Shown in pieces: positions 40,610-50,641 of a DNA stretch of 64,000 nucleotides (position 1 is the first letter of the stretch; each line of letters begins with the position of its first letter). Where the stretch lies: IMG/VR virus record IMGVR_UViG_3300033145_002224, positions 37,438-101,437 of that record; one strand, 5' to 3'. The translations under genes were made by a program, and so were the position numbers. The notes beneath the pieces are model-generated. The model saw only the letters and a list, made by a program, of their open reading frames with translations. It had not been told where the DNA came from and ran no database searches. Source of the stretch: a virus.

Positions 40610-42682
40610 TTAGTTTTTCTTACCCTGAATAGAAAATGCACGCTTAGCAAGTTCTGAGGCAGGATCAGATGTATTATTAATAGGTATATTAGTATTTGTT
40701 TTACCACCACGATTAAATCCACGTGGATTACTGGTTGGAGCTACACCCTTCGGTGTGGGAGGCATCCCACCAGCCTGTAACAAATTAATTGGACCAGCTG
40801 CCTCAGCAAATGGTGATTGACCACCATCACCCTTTTTACCCATCATCCCCATAACCGCATCAAGCACGTGTGGAGGAATCTGAGACGTTTTCATTTCTGG
40901 ACCACCAGCTAACATTTCAGCTGGACCACCAGGCGCCATCCCAGGCTCTTCTTCACCGGGCATACCCGTCATCCCAGGCTCCTCTTCCTCACTCTTGGAA
41001 ACCGCATCTAAACTCCAGTTCCAATCATACAACATCTTAGCTGTTAATTTACGAGGATCAATAAATGGTAATGTAATTAATAATTGGAACAGATCCATGT
41101 CCTGTTTCTTCTTAATATCATTCTGACCAGCAATTGACGGTAGTACAGTCGCTCTATAGTCAAACATACCCTTAAGATCATCTTTCTCAATAAGTGGAAA
41201 TAATTCTTTCCCATCATCACCAATAACCCTAATGGTCATATCAATTGTAAAAAATTGCCGCTGCATATCAATCCAATAACGCATTAATCTACTATACCCA
41301 TCTCCGAGGTGATTAATGAATAAACGAACACGCTCCAGGGTAGACTCACGTAAATGCCTTACTTCCGTAGCACTAGTACCCCCACCAGCCCCAACACCCA
41401 TTGAAAAATCATCAACACCAGAAGCGTATCTCATATCACCTTTGAGGAGTTCCTCTTCTTTATATGCACTAGCTTTGACATCAGTAAATTGCACTTCCTT
41501 AACTCCATTCGGATCAGTAGAATAAATAATACCGAAGGGCCGTGTGACTAATTCATCCTTACGTATATTGGCAAGAGGATTAACAACCCACATCTTATGA
41601 ATATTTAAAGTCGCGGCATCTAAGCGCTGATTCTTAACCATGTTAAGCATAAGTTGTGGATTCTCTAAAATCAACGGAATCCCATAACCCTCAAACTCAC
41701 CAGGAACCTTTAAGTATGGAATCTCAATAAATGGAGCTTCTTTAAAATCAAATACAATAGGTATAGAACCGCCACGAAGAATCGGAACTTCATTCACCAT
41801 AACCGCATACTCGTCATCAAATGGTCGAGTCCACTCAAAAATCTCATACATATTAAGATCGTCATCAGCTTGATTTTTATATCTCTCCATGCTCAAATTC
41901 GAACCAACCTGACCATAGTCAGCACCTTTATTAGTTTTCTCATGAGCAAACTTGACAGTATTCCTAATTGACCCATAGTCTTCTAGGTCACCACCCGGTC
42001 TGGCTAAAGCTAATTTTAATCGTTTCGGTTCAGCCATCGGATACCTACGCTTTATCTCAGCGCCAGAAAGTACTAAACGCTTAAACCAAAACTGTTTACT
42101 CTCCCTTGGAATATTGTGCCAATCGTACCATAAACTATAATTATCTACCCACTCAGCGTACGGAGCATCATAAAATACTTGCTCTCTTTCTTCCCACTTC
42201 AATTTCTTATCTAACAAATCTTCTGAATTAAGGAATTTATGTGTACGCTTGTCTTTCTTCCAACTAACCTGCATAAAACCGGTGCCATATACCATGGACG
42301 CATGCGTTATCATTTCAGAGGTGGTGTCCATATTGGCTAATTCCCAACTATAATCCATTAGTTGTTGTAATTTTGGAGCTTTCGCCTGGTCTCCCTCAGT
42401 ACGACCCTGTACTGTAAACTCTGGCCTTGCATCCAGAATCCTTGGTTTTAATGTTTCAACCACCGCATGAATATATGGGACAGAAATATTAGCCTGCCAA
42501 CTATCAATCTGCGAAGCACGATCACTGTTGTCAGCAATATAAAGCTTATACGACCGATCAAGCCGTGGTTTAATACATGATTTAAAATAATCCCTTGCGT
42601 CGTTAAGTTGGAGATTAAATTTAGCCATCATTCTAATCTCTTTTTTACTAAAGTCACTAGGATTATATTGTTCATTAGCCAT
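40610..42682 (-). CDS. Portal protein (P22/SU10-like)
   Basis: 690 aa; YGTG..V.W, EFEGYG, NQRLD, ASGV, TSATEV; follows TerL. Confidence 0.9.
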   Translation of the reverse strand: MANEQYNPSDFSKKEIRMMAKFNLQLNDARDYFKSCIKPRLDRSYKLYIADNSDRASQIDSWQANISVPYIHAVVETLKPRILDARPEFTVQGRTEGDQAKAPKLQQLMDYSWELANMDTTSEMITHASMVYGTGFMQVSWKKDKRTHKFLNSEDLLDKKLKWEEREQVFYDAPYAEWVDNYSLWYDWHNIPRESKQFWFKRLVLSGAEIKRRYPMAEPKRLKLALARPGGDLEDYGSIRNTVKFAHEKTNKGADYGQVGSNLSMERYKNQADDDLNMYEIFEWTRPFDDEYAVMVNEVPILRGGSIPIVFDFKEAPFIEIPYLKVPGEFEGYGIPLILENPQLMLNMVKNQRLDAATLNIHKMWVVNPLANIRKDELVTRPFGIIYSTDPNGVKEVQFTDVKASAYKEEELLKGDMRYASGVDDFSMGVGAGGGTSATEVRHLRESTLERVRLFINHLGDGYSRLMRYWIDMQRQFFTIDMTIRVIGDDGKELFPLIEKDDLKGMFDYRATVLPSIAGQNDIKKKQDMDLFQLLITLPFIDPRKLTAKMLYDWNWSLDAVSKSEEEEPGMTGMPGEEEPGMAPGGPAEMLAGGPEMKTSQIPPHVLDAVMGMMGKKGDGGQSPFAEAAGPINLLQAGGMPPTPKGVAPTSNPRGFNRGGKTNTNIPINNTSDPASELAKRAFSIQGKKN

Positions 42683-42706
42683 ATTTTTTAAATTATTTTG
42701 TTATCT

Positions 42707-44161
42707 TTAATAAGCAAAACCTACCGGTAAATACTTTTCGTAATTTAATTGATCAAGTGGTTTATCATGAAGGATTTTAAATCCCTGGAATGCTATTCCG
42801 CCAGCAATGATACAATCATCATGATAGCCCTCCATTGAAACTGGATTACCATTGTCGTCATAAACGAACACAGACATTTCATCAATTAATTCTTTACTAT
42901 GAATAGTTAAAGTTTTATCTCTCATAGCTTGTGCAAAATCATCAATCAATAATGGTTTTGTTACTTTTGTTGTTTTCCATCCAATCTTATCTGAAGATTT
43001 TTGAGAAATTGTTTCAAACTTCTCTTGTCTAAAATACATCGTTGGATAAATATGTTGTCTCAAACAAGTAACAGTAGTTAAACCATGATTATTTATTTCT
43101 ACTACCATTAATGCATCGTTAAACCAACGACCCCACTTATTTAATTTATTAGCAAATATATCTGGTGGGAGTAAACCACGATACATTGCTACTTCTTCAC
43201 CTGTTTTTCTATCCCAAATAATAGCAACTGAATAGTCTCCACCTTCAACACCCTCAGCTACGTCAACACCTACAACATATAATCCATCTTTCTGAGGTGG
43301 TTTGTACACACGTATACCATCTATATCTTGAACAATAAAGTCATCTTCGCCAACTTTTACTTTATCACCTAATTTTAAAATATTCTCACGCTGCTTTTTT
43401 AAAACATTAACATCAAATACGGGACGACCTGATGCTAAGAACTCTAAACCATATTCTTGAGCAAACCTAAGTGGGTTATTCATCCTATTCCTGATTTTGT
43501 CGATTTCCTCTTCTGTATATCCCCACCACCAGCCATACTCTTTCTTAGTGTATCCATTATCCTTTGCCATCCATGTCCTATGGTAAACATCACCAACACC
43601 ATTGGGTGTAGACTCAATTACAATCCTTCCATCAATCGGTACAGAGGCCTCAAGGGCTGTCATCTTATCTAATTGCTTATCCCAAAATGCTAACTCTGTA
43701 CAAAGTACATTATTTAAAGTATATCCACGCCCGACATTCTCAGTAGATGGCAATACTATAATTTTTGAATTGATCTTCGGGAAACTGATTTCATATTTTG
43801 AATTATAATGGAGCGTTGGTCGTATCTCTTCCGGTGTAGTATTATAAAAAGTTTTAACCTTATCAAGGAGCTCTGCTGTAAGATCAGAGTTATATCCAAT
43901 CAACGCTGTATTGGTTCCTGGATTCGTAATTGTATTATGATAAAAATAACCAGTCACAGCCGTAGAGAACCCGATCTGCCGACTTTTCAAAATGATTACC
44001 CTATTAGATGTATTTATAGCATTAAACAAATCCTTCTGCGCTTCATTTAAAATAAATGGTATCAGTCCCGGTTTCTTTCCTTTAATCCTACAAAAATTTT
44101 CCAGGTACATCTTCGGATCTTTCATAATCCTAAGAAGCTTTTCCTTACTCATGTTATTCAT
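42707..44161 (-). CDS. terL: Terminase large subunit
   Basis: LKSRQIGFS Walker A, TELAFW Walker B, IESTPNG, GVDVAEG..GDYS, HDD nuclease motifs. Confidence 0.97.
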   Translation of the reverse strand: MNNMSKEKLLRIMKDPKMYLENFCRIKGKKPGLIPFILNEAQKDLFNAINTSNRVIILKSRQIGFSTAVTGYFYHNTITNPGTNTALIGYNSDLTAELLDKVKTFYNTTPEEIRPTLHYNSKYEISFPKINSKIIVLPSTENVGRGYTLNNVLCTELAFWDKQLDKMTALEASVPIDGRIVIESTPNGVGDVYHRTWMAKDNGYTKKEYGWWWGYTEEEIDKIRNRMNNPLRFAQEYGLEFLASGRPVFDVNVLKKQRENILKLGDKVKVGEDDFIVQDIDGIRVYKPPQKDGLYVVGVDVAEGVEGGDYSVAIIWDRKTGEEVAMYRGLLPPDIFANKLNKWGRWFNDALMVVEINNHGLTTVTCLRQHIYPTMYFRQEKFETISQKSSDKIGWKTTKVTKPLLIDDFAQAMRDKTLTIHSKELIDEMSVFVYDDNGNPVSMEGYHDDCIIAGGIAFQGFKILHDKPLDQLNYEKYLPVGFAY

Positions 44162-44705
44162 ATAAGCTCCTTCCTATCTCTTCTTCTTCTATCCGTTTTT
44201 CCTTTTCTTTCTCTGGGGTTTTCGGAACCTTAACTTTATATTCTTCAATTTCTCCCTCAATAACCTGATCTCTTTTACCATCACTCTTTTCATTGGATAA
44301 TTTCAATAAAAGTTCCTCCCAACCCTTTCCAACCTCAGCAGATTCCTCATAACTATCAAGCCCAAGCGCCTTTAACAATGTCTGATAACCCCTTAATCTA
44401 TCACCATCCTTGGGTGCTGTATCACATATACCCTTTATACCACCAACTATATAATCTAAACTAACATCACTTCTAGCCAATGCTTCATGAAACTCTTTTC
44501 TGATTGATAATTTATCAAGGGTACGATAAACCTCTGTAACCGTTTTTAAACCAACCATATCCCGAAGCTTTGTAGGATCACTTGTAACCTGCATCGCCTT
44601 CAACAATAAATTCTGTTGGAAAACATTATTACGATAATAACTTCTATCACCATTAATAAAGACAACTGGTTTAAGTTTTTTCTTTTTTGGTTCCTCTTCC
44701 TTCAT
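44154..44705 (-). CDS. Probable terminase small subunit
   Basis: Overlaps TerL start; helical, size typical of TerS. Confidence 0.6.
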   Translation of the reverse strand: MKEEEPKKKKLKPVVFINGDRSYYRNNVFQQNLLLKAMQVTSDPTKLRDMVGLKTVTEVYRTLDKLSIRKEFHEALARSDVSLDYIVGGIKGICDTAPKDGDRLRGYQTLLKALGLDSYEESAEVGKGWEELLLKLSNEKSDGKRDQVIEGEIEEYKVKVPKTPEKEKEKRIEEEEIGRSLYE

Positions 44706-45324
44706 TTTTTTTACGAACTTTCACGTATGGTATGAAAGAATAACTTAATATAAAATCATAAACCGTTCCGTGTTCTTCATTATAACAATTTACATAATTA
44801 ATCATATAATCCAAAAACTCAGTATACTTCATTTTCTTATCATCCGCATATTGAAGTAATTCTAGCCGCTCCGGCATTTGATAAACAACCACCAAATATT
44901 CTAACGCAACTGTTTTATATGGATATTTATAATCATCTTTAAATGGATCACCATCATCAAAACCTGGAAAAAAATCATCTAAATATGTAATTATTTTACT
45001 GAGAAAATCATTCCTAGTAATTAGTTTAGTATCTATACCAACATAGTGTCTAAAGAATTTAGCAAATCCACCATCTACCTGAATACCATTGCGTCCTAAT
45101 TGGAGACGTCTCTTACCATCAAAACAAAATCTTCTATACAACCAAACCATCTTTACTAAATAACTAAATGTCATGTCATAAAAACTATGTGTCGTTTCTC
45201 TAGCCTGAGTAATATACTCATCTAGATTAGAACCATCTGAAACACTTATTTTATCTATTCTACAATGCTTAAAGGATGGACCAGATGTAAACACGTCTTC
45301 ATATTGCTTTGAATAATTTTTCAT
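44671..45324 (-). CDS. Hypothetical protein
   Basis: 217-aa ORF in operon. Confidence 0.6.
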   Translation of the reverse strand: MKNYSKQYEDVFTSGPSFKHCRIDKISVSDGSNLDEYITQARETTHSFYDMTFSYLVKMVWLYRRFCFDGKRRLQLGRNGIQVDGGFAKFFRHYVGIDTKLITRNDFLSKIITYLDDFFPGFDDGDPFKDDYKYPYKTVALEYLVVVYQMPERLELLQYADDKKMKYTEFLDYMINYVNCYNEEHGTVYDFILSYSFIPYVKVRKKNEGRGTKKEKT

Positions 45325-45327
45325 TTT

Positions 45328-45738
45328 TTATTGTCTTAATATATCTTGACCAAGGTTTTTATATTTATCCATCAAGCCAGCATTCTCTTCTCCCATTTGA
45401 GGTGGCTGTCCTGGTTGTCCTGGTTGAAGTGGCTGTCCCGATTGTCCTGACACCATCTGATCTGGTGTCTCCTGCGTAAGCCCATTAAAAGCAAATTCAA
45501 ACAATTCGTGTAAATCAGGATCTTGTAATCTCAACTTTTCTAAGAAACCACGGATAGATGCCAAATCTTCCATATTTACACCCATCTCTTTCATAATAGA
45601 AAACATTTGCTGCATCATCTTGGATTTGGCCTCAGCCAATGTATTGGCATTAATCAATTCTTTCGAATTTAAATCACGTTGTTTGCTTTCTACCCTTTCA
45701 AATTCCTGGTCTAATTTTTTTCTATAATCTTGTTCCAT
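45328..45738 (-). CDS. Hypothetical protein
   Basis: 136 aa with QPG repeats. Confidence 0.6.
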   Translation of the reverse strand: MEQDYRKKLDQEFERVESKQRDLNSKELINANTLAEAKSKMMQQMFSIMKEMGVNMEDLASIRGFLEKLRLQDPDLHELFEFAFNGLTQETPDQMVSGQSGQPLQPGQPGQPPQMGEENAGLMDKYKNLGQDILRQ

Positions 45739-45742
45739 ATAA

Positions 45743-48700
45743 TTATTTTTTTAGTTTTTTCTTAAGTTCTTTAGACGTATATTCTATATTTAAAGGATAC
45801 ATTGGCACACCCATCATTGACATTAGGGTACGCATAGTTCTCTGTGTCGCTGGCTCATAACCGGTCGCGCCTATAGGTGTCTTCCCCTCTTTAGCCATAC
45901 CAACTTGACGCCAACGGAAACTTGGAACATATTTAAGTGCTGCTTCTGGTGTCGCCAATCCAGCCACACCAGCGCTTGGCGGTATAACAGCCTCGGCCAT
46001 AGTCCGTCCAGCATATCCCATTTTTTCTAAACCGCTTGCATCATTCGGCCAAAGTTGCTGATCAAACATTCCACGAGGGTTTGATTCACGCAATATAGCT
46101 GGTTGGATAAAATAATCAAACATTACCTGTCCTTCTGGAGTTTTAAAAAATGGTAGTTTATCCATAGCAGCGGCTACACCACTAGACAATGTATTCTCAT
46201 ATCTCCGTTCACTTGGTTGGAACATATTCATTGTATAATATGGAACCATATTAGCCACATTGGCGTAAACTGGATGATCCTCAAAAAATGGCAACTTAAT
46301 CATTCCGTTACGGTTATACCACTCATGATATGGTGATTCTAAGGCATACTTCTCTAGGGGTGATTTTCGACCAGAAAATTCACTCATTAAAAACGTCATC
46401 TTATTAAACGCTGCTGGATTATTTATGACAGTCTTGCCAGTTTTAACTGCCATACCATACATAAAACTATTACCAGTTAAATCTATATATTTTTTGTCAA
46501 CCCTCGCTACCCACGTAGAGTTATCAGATACCTGTGGGCACCAAACCTTATTTTTATATTTTATTTTTGTAATTTTACTCCTTTTAATTTGTCTATAACA
46601 CCTTATATTAACATTAACCGTACAACATTTATTATCTCTTTTTAAAATTGTTACAGAATATCCAAGCATCAAACAAAGAACTTGAAACGTATCTAATGTT
46701 TCATTATAATTTTGTATAAACACTATGCGACCATCTTTATTTATACTACCATCAGCTAGAATTAATATATCAAACAACAACCTTAGTTGTTCTCTTGTAA
46801 GTTTATTCAAAAAATCTATTGTTAATTTTTTATCAGGTGCAAATTTCCTCATTATTTCACGATACTTTGTACCAAAATAGAATTGATAACAATCATAATT
46901 AGCCATCTTAACATTTTCCTTTTTTTGAATTTGTACACTGTTTGTTACACATAATCTTTTACGTAATTTTTTTATTCTATCAACACCGCCTGGCCTAGCT
47001 TGAGTTAAAACAAAAGAAGAAAAATCGCCATCTTTTCTTTTACTAACATAACTACCCTCTGTCACAAACCATCCTACTAACTCTACAATATCATCAGAAA
47101 TTATTTTTTTATTAATACCATCATAACCATGTTCAGCCCCAGTCACAATAGACCACCTCTCTCCAAGTCTTTCAATTCCATCCGTCTTTATTTTTTTGAC
47201 TATCCACTTACCATATCCACGTTTCCTTTTCCCATTTTTAATCCCCAATTCTATATTTTCTTTTTTGGCAACAATGCAATCATGATTTGGTGTAGCTGAA
47301 ATATTTATAGAACGACCATTAATATTATATAATTCACCATCATAATCATACTCAAAAACATTTTCAAGTATTTTCCACTCCATAGTTTTCTTTTCCATAT
47401 TATAACTCGCCACGTCCTCACCAATATTTAATTCTGTATAATGTTTCCATCCACGTTTAGTTAATATTTCCGTATCTACAGTACGACAAGCAAATGGAGC
47501 ACCAAACACTGGCATTGAACGTAATACTTTTACAGCAGCTGGCATTGCTCCATAATTCATGTAAATTTCATTAACAACTTCAGTAGCTTTATCTGGTGAT
47601 AATTTCCAAAGATGTTCTTTCGGTACATATGTTATTTCATCTGGAGCAATCCTTATTGCACGACTTAGTGTCAAAAGTTCTCTTTCTGTCATCCCAACAT
47701 TTGTAAGTTGGACAGCTGTACCGAGTTTATAAGCAGCATCAATCCTCTGGTATTTATTCATTGGTTGTGTTAAGTACCAATGTAAAAATCTAGCACCAGT
47801 ACTTTTATCACCAGCCTTTTCTATTTTTCTAAGCCACTCTGGAAAATAACCACCAAAAGATGATTGTTCATAAATTTCATCACCAATAAACGTACTGGGT
47901 AATTTATTAACATCATTAGATAAATTTAAACTAACTATATCTGATTTCACATCGGTCTTTTTTCCTATATCTTCAACTGTCTCACCAACAACCTTAGCGT
48001 CTGCACCCTCACCAGCCTTATGTATTGTTTTTTTCTTTGGTCTACCAAATAATTCAATACTTCTAAGTTCACCCCTAGTTGTACCATAGGTTTTTGGAAA
48101 CGTAGATGGAGCACTATCAATATAGTGGACCCACTCATCATTCTTTAAAATCTTTTCTAAAAACTTCTCATCAACTTTTCCATTTAAAATATTCCAAGCA
48201 CCTTTAACATTTCCAAAATAACCAGGTCTAGTTATATTAAGACCAGCCATTAATCCCATTGTAAGGTTACCAACCGTAGCATTTGTATAGGCAGAAATAT
48301 TACCACCAATTTTTGCTATTTTAAATAACTTAATAAAACGATCATATTCTTTAAGTGTATTATAACCAACCTTTTTATCACCAACTTTTATATTTTTAAA
48401 TGATTCGACTACTTTATCATACCAATCTGTACCAGTCTTTCCAATCATTTTATCCATTTCTTCACGAAGTACTACCATAACATCCTTCACTAATTTATCG
48501 GTGGTAGCCTCACCAGCCATCGCACCAGTTACATCACTGGCTGTAAATTTATCAGCAATTTTAGAATTACGTGTTGCTATATCAGCACCCTCATCTATAG
48601 ATGATAATAATGTATTTCTAACTCGTGTAGCAACATCATCAACCTTCCCGGTCGTCGCACCAATCATTCTAATAGCTCCTTTTATTTTTTCAATGTCAAC

Positions 48701-49561
48701 TGGATCAGTCCCCTTTAATACCTCAAAGGCATCATCTAGTCTAGCGGCCTGCATCCAATCTTGATTACTATATTTAAAACCAGTAATTAAAGCATTACCC
48801 CACTCACTCTTTTTTAAAAATTCCTCTGTCTGTTCTCCCCATTTTATTTTTTCAGCTCTTTTACCAAGAATATTATCCACACTCCTACCAACTAATGTGT
48901 CATATTGTCTAGCTGCCACAGCTGCTTTTTCTGTTAATTTAGCTGTATCTACGCCCGGTATAACTCTTCCAACACTAGCAGCTTTTTTAAGAGCACTAGA
49001 GCTAACCCCCTTAGCAGCACCTGTTAATCCCTTTTGAGATAAACCATACGCTACCCTAGGAATAGTAGCACTAGCGCCAAGTGTAGCCCAGGCAATTGGA
49101 TCAAATGCAATATCTAAAGCAAGTCCAAGTGGCATTGAAGCCACTGTGGGCATATTATAACTACGTAAGATATCTCCGAAGACACCCCTTTCTTTAATGT
49201 TTGCCCAAATATTAGACAAACCACTTTCAGTACCTTTACCAAGCATAGCCTCAACACCACCAACGATACCATAAAGCGGCGCAGATAAACCATGTATACC
49301 TCGCATTAACACATTTTCTTTATTTTCACCAACACCAGGCTCCTTTGGATCACGCTCGGGATACCACCTTGCCTTCTGATAGTCACTAGAGGCCTTATCA
49401 CGTTGTAATTTTATCTCCTTTAAATCTAATTGAGTTTGAAGATCACTCATTGACGGCTTAACGTTCGGTGTGTAGGCTGTTTTTGAAGTTTTTAGTTGAC
49501 TTTCAAGCGTTTTTTGTATTTCTGAGTACTTATCGAGTTCAATTTTGTTGTTTCTTGCCAT
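45743..49561 (-). CDS. Large virion/ejection-type protein containing an intein
   Basis: 1272 aa; GLALDIAFDPIAW and NYG...PF..F motifs typical of phage internal/polyvalent proteins. Confidence 0.65.
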   Translation of the reverse strand: MARNNKIELDKYSEIQKTLESQLKTSKTAYTPNVKPSMSDLQTQLDLKEIKLQRDKASSDYQKARWYPERDPKEPGVGENKENVLMRGIHGLSAPLYGIVGGVEAMLGKGTESGLSNIWANIKERGVFGDILRSYNMPTVASMPLGLALDIAFDPIAWATLGASATIPRVAYGLSQKGLTGAAKGVSSSALKKAASVGRVIPGVDTAKLTEKAAVAARQYDTLVGRSVDNILGKRAEKIKWGEQTEEFLKKSEWGNALITGFKYSNQDWMQAARLDDAFEVLKGTDPVDIEKIKGAIRMIGATTGKVDDVATRVRNTLLSSIDEGADIATRNSKIADKFTASDVTGAMAGEATTDKLVKDVMVVLREEMDKMIGKTGTDWYDKVVESFKNIKVGDKKVGYNTLKEYDRFIKLFKIAKIGGNISAYTNATVGNLTMGLMAGLNITRPGYFGNVKGAWNILNGKVDEKFLEKILKNDEWVHYIDSAPSTFPKTYGTTRGELRSIELFGRPKKKTIHKAGEGADAKVVGETVEDIGKKTDVKSDIVSLNLSNDVNKLPSTFIGDEIYEQSSFGGYFPEWLRKIEKAGDKSTGARFLHWYLTQPMNKYQRIDAAYKLGTAVQLTNVGMTERELLTLSRAIRIAPDEITYVPKEHLWKLSPDKATEVVNEIYMNYGAMPAAVKVLRSMPVFGAPFACRTVDTEILTKRGWKHYTELNIGEDVASYNMEKKTMEWKILENVFEYDYDGELYNINGRSINISATPNHDCIVAKKENIELGIKNGKRKRGYGKWIVKKIKTDGIERLGERWSIVTGAEHGYDGINKKIISDDIVELVGWFVTEGSYVSKRKDGDFSSFVLTQARPGGVDRIKKLRKRLCVTNSVQIQKKENVKMANYDCYQFYFGTKYREIMRKFAPDKKLTIDFLNKLTREQLRLLFDILILADGSINKDGRIVFIQNYNETLDTFQVLCLMLGYSVTILKRDNKCCTVNVNIRCYRQIKRSKITKIKYKNKVWCPQVSDNSTWVARVDKKYIDLTGNSFMYGMAVKTGKTVINNPAAFNKMTFLMSEFSGRKSPLEKYALESPYHEWYNRNGMIKLPFFEDHPVYANVANMVPYYTMNMFQPSERRYENTLSSGVAAAMDKLPFFKTPEGQVMFDYFIQPAILRESNPRGMFDQQLWPNDASGLEKMGYAGRTMAEAVIPPSAGVAGLATPEAALKYVPSFRWRQVGMAKEGKTPIGATGYEPATQRTMRTLMSMMGVPMYPLNIEYTSKELKKKLKK
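46469..47488 (-). mobile_element. Intein with LAGLIDADG endonuclease (340 aa)
   Basis: N-junction PFA|CRTVDTEILTKRGWK, block B ATPNH, LVGWFVTEG and LILADG, C-junction VWCPQV...TGN|S. Confidence 0.93.
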
Positions 49562-49622
49562 ATTTTGTGAAAAAAATGCAAAAATATAACAATTTCTGCA
49601 TGAAACATTAATTTATATCTAT

Positions 49623-49640
49623 ATTTTAGCAAAAGTACCC
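49623..49640 (-). promoter_or_regulatory. Promoter motif variant GGGTACTTTTGCTAAAAT
   Basis: Upstream of the 49561 gene and terminase operon. Confidence 0.7.
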
Positions 49641-49651
49641 CACGTTTTAAT

Positions 49652-49736
49652 AAAAAAAAGCAAACCCCAATTTCTGGAATCCGCTTTTTAGGTCAGGCGA
49701 AATCAGAACCATAGCCAATGACGACTATAAGCTCTA
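49652..49736 (-). ncRNA. Candidate ~85-nt small RNA (hairpin + intrinsic terminator)
   Basis: Starts just after promoter motif 49742-49759; hairpin AGAGCUUAUAGUCG/UGGCUAUGGUUCU; terminator GCGGAUUCCA...UGGGGUUUGC followed by U8. Confidence 0.55.
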
Positions 49737-49741
49737 TTAAT

Positions 49742-49759
49742 ATTATATCAAAAGTACCC
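49742..49759 (-). promoter_or_regulatory. Conserved phage promoter motif GGGTACTTTTGATATAAT
   Basis: Identical to 40078-40095. Confidence 0.75.
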
Positions 49760-49769
49760 GTATAAAGCA

Positions 49770-50335
49770 AAGAGCCCCATCCAGTACTAAGACGTGAATG
49801 GGGCCCCTGTTGTTGATCCCTCATGCTTATCGGGGGTCTAACATATATGCAATGCTGACTCCCGCCCCTCAACAAGTATTAATTGGATTTCACCGAATTA
49901 AATCCCGACTTGCAAAATTAACTATAACATAATTAGACATGTTGAGGGGTACGTTCCACCTATTGGTTGTGAACGCTGTATGAGCCCAATATGTTATAAT
50001 CTACAATCTCTCGCCGAGGGGCGGGAGCACTATTATAATAATATAAACATGATTCACACTATGGAAAGAGACTATCACATGCCGCCTTTCAAGTTCCACT
50101 ACCCGACACTTCTGTCGAAATAGCTTTAACAAGTCCAGCAAGCACCCAATATCAACTTTCAACATACATCCCACCGCACTAGTCCCCATTCAAGGGTTCA
50201 TTAAGTTACGTTTGGAGATTTAACGGGATGCGAACCTCACCGACTGCCTCACAGAATTAGCCTGGCCTTACCCTTACCGGGTTCGAGGTGAGTACCTTAT
50301 CCGTGCGTTGCGAATTGTTCAGCCACATAATGCAA
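49770..50335 (-). ncRNA. Candidate large structured non-coding RNA(s)
   Basis: GC-enriched, no credible ORF; 19-bp helix 50010-50028/49858-49876 with G.U pairs on the minus strand, plus nested helices. Confidence 0.6.
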
Positions 50336-50365
50336 ATCAGGTTTATATTATTATTTTATAATGTA

Positions 50366-50599
50366 CTATACTATTTTAGGCCAACTCCATGTGCCTGGCG
50401 CATTATCCCCTTCTAAAACATTTTTAGCGAAGAATATACCACCTGTATTACTCATTACGAATAAATCACACTTAATTGGATCATCTCCATTATCATATAC
50501 TTCTTGCACTATTGCTGGTGATTCAATTGGATCGTATTCTCCATCCGCACTACCGCGGTGCTTATAGATTACAACCCTACCCATTGATGGTTTTTTCAT
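50366..50599 (-). CDS. Conserved small phage hypothetical protein
   Basis: PSMGRVVIY...PAIV...GTWSWP pattern. Confidence 0.75.
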   Translation of the reverse strand: MKKPSMGRVVIYKHRGSADGEYDPIESPAIVQEVYDNGDDPIKCDLFVMSNTGGIFFAKNVLEGDNAPGTWSWPKIV

Positions 50600-50641
50600 T
50601 TCTTTTTAATTATTTTTTTAATTTTAATATCGAAATAGACA

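Noticed and set aside
49693-50189. Short ORFs 49693..49875 and 50001..50189; tmRNA or RNase P identity for this region
   Set aside because: No protein motifs and better explained by RNA structure; tmRNA tRNA-like ends and the RNase P GAGGAAAGUCC signature were not found
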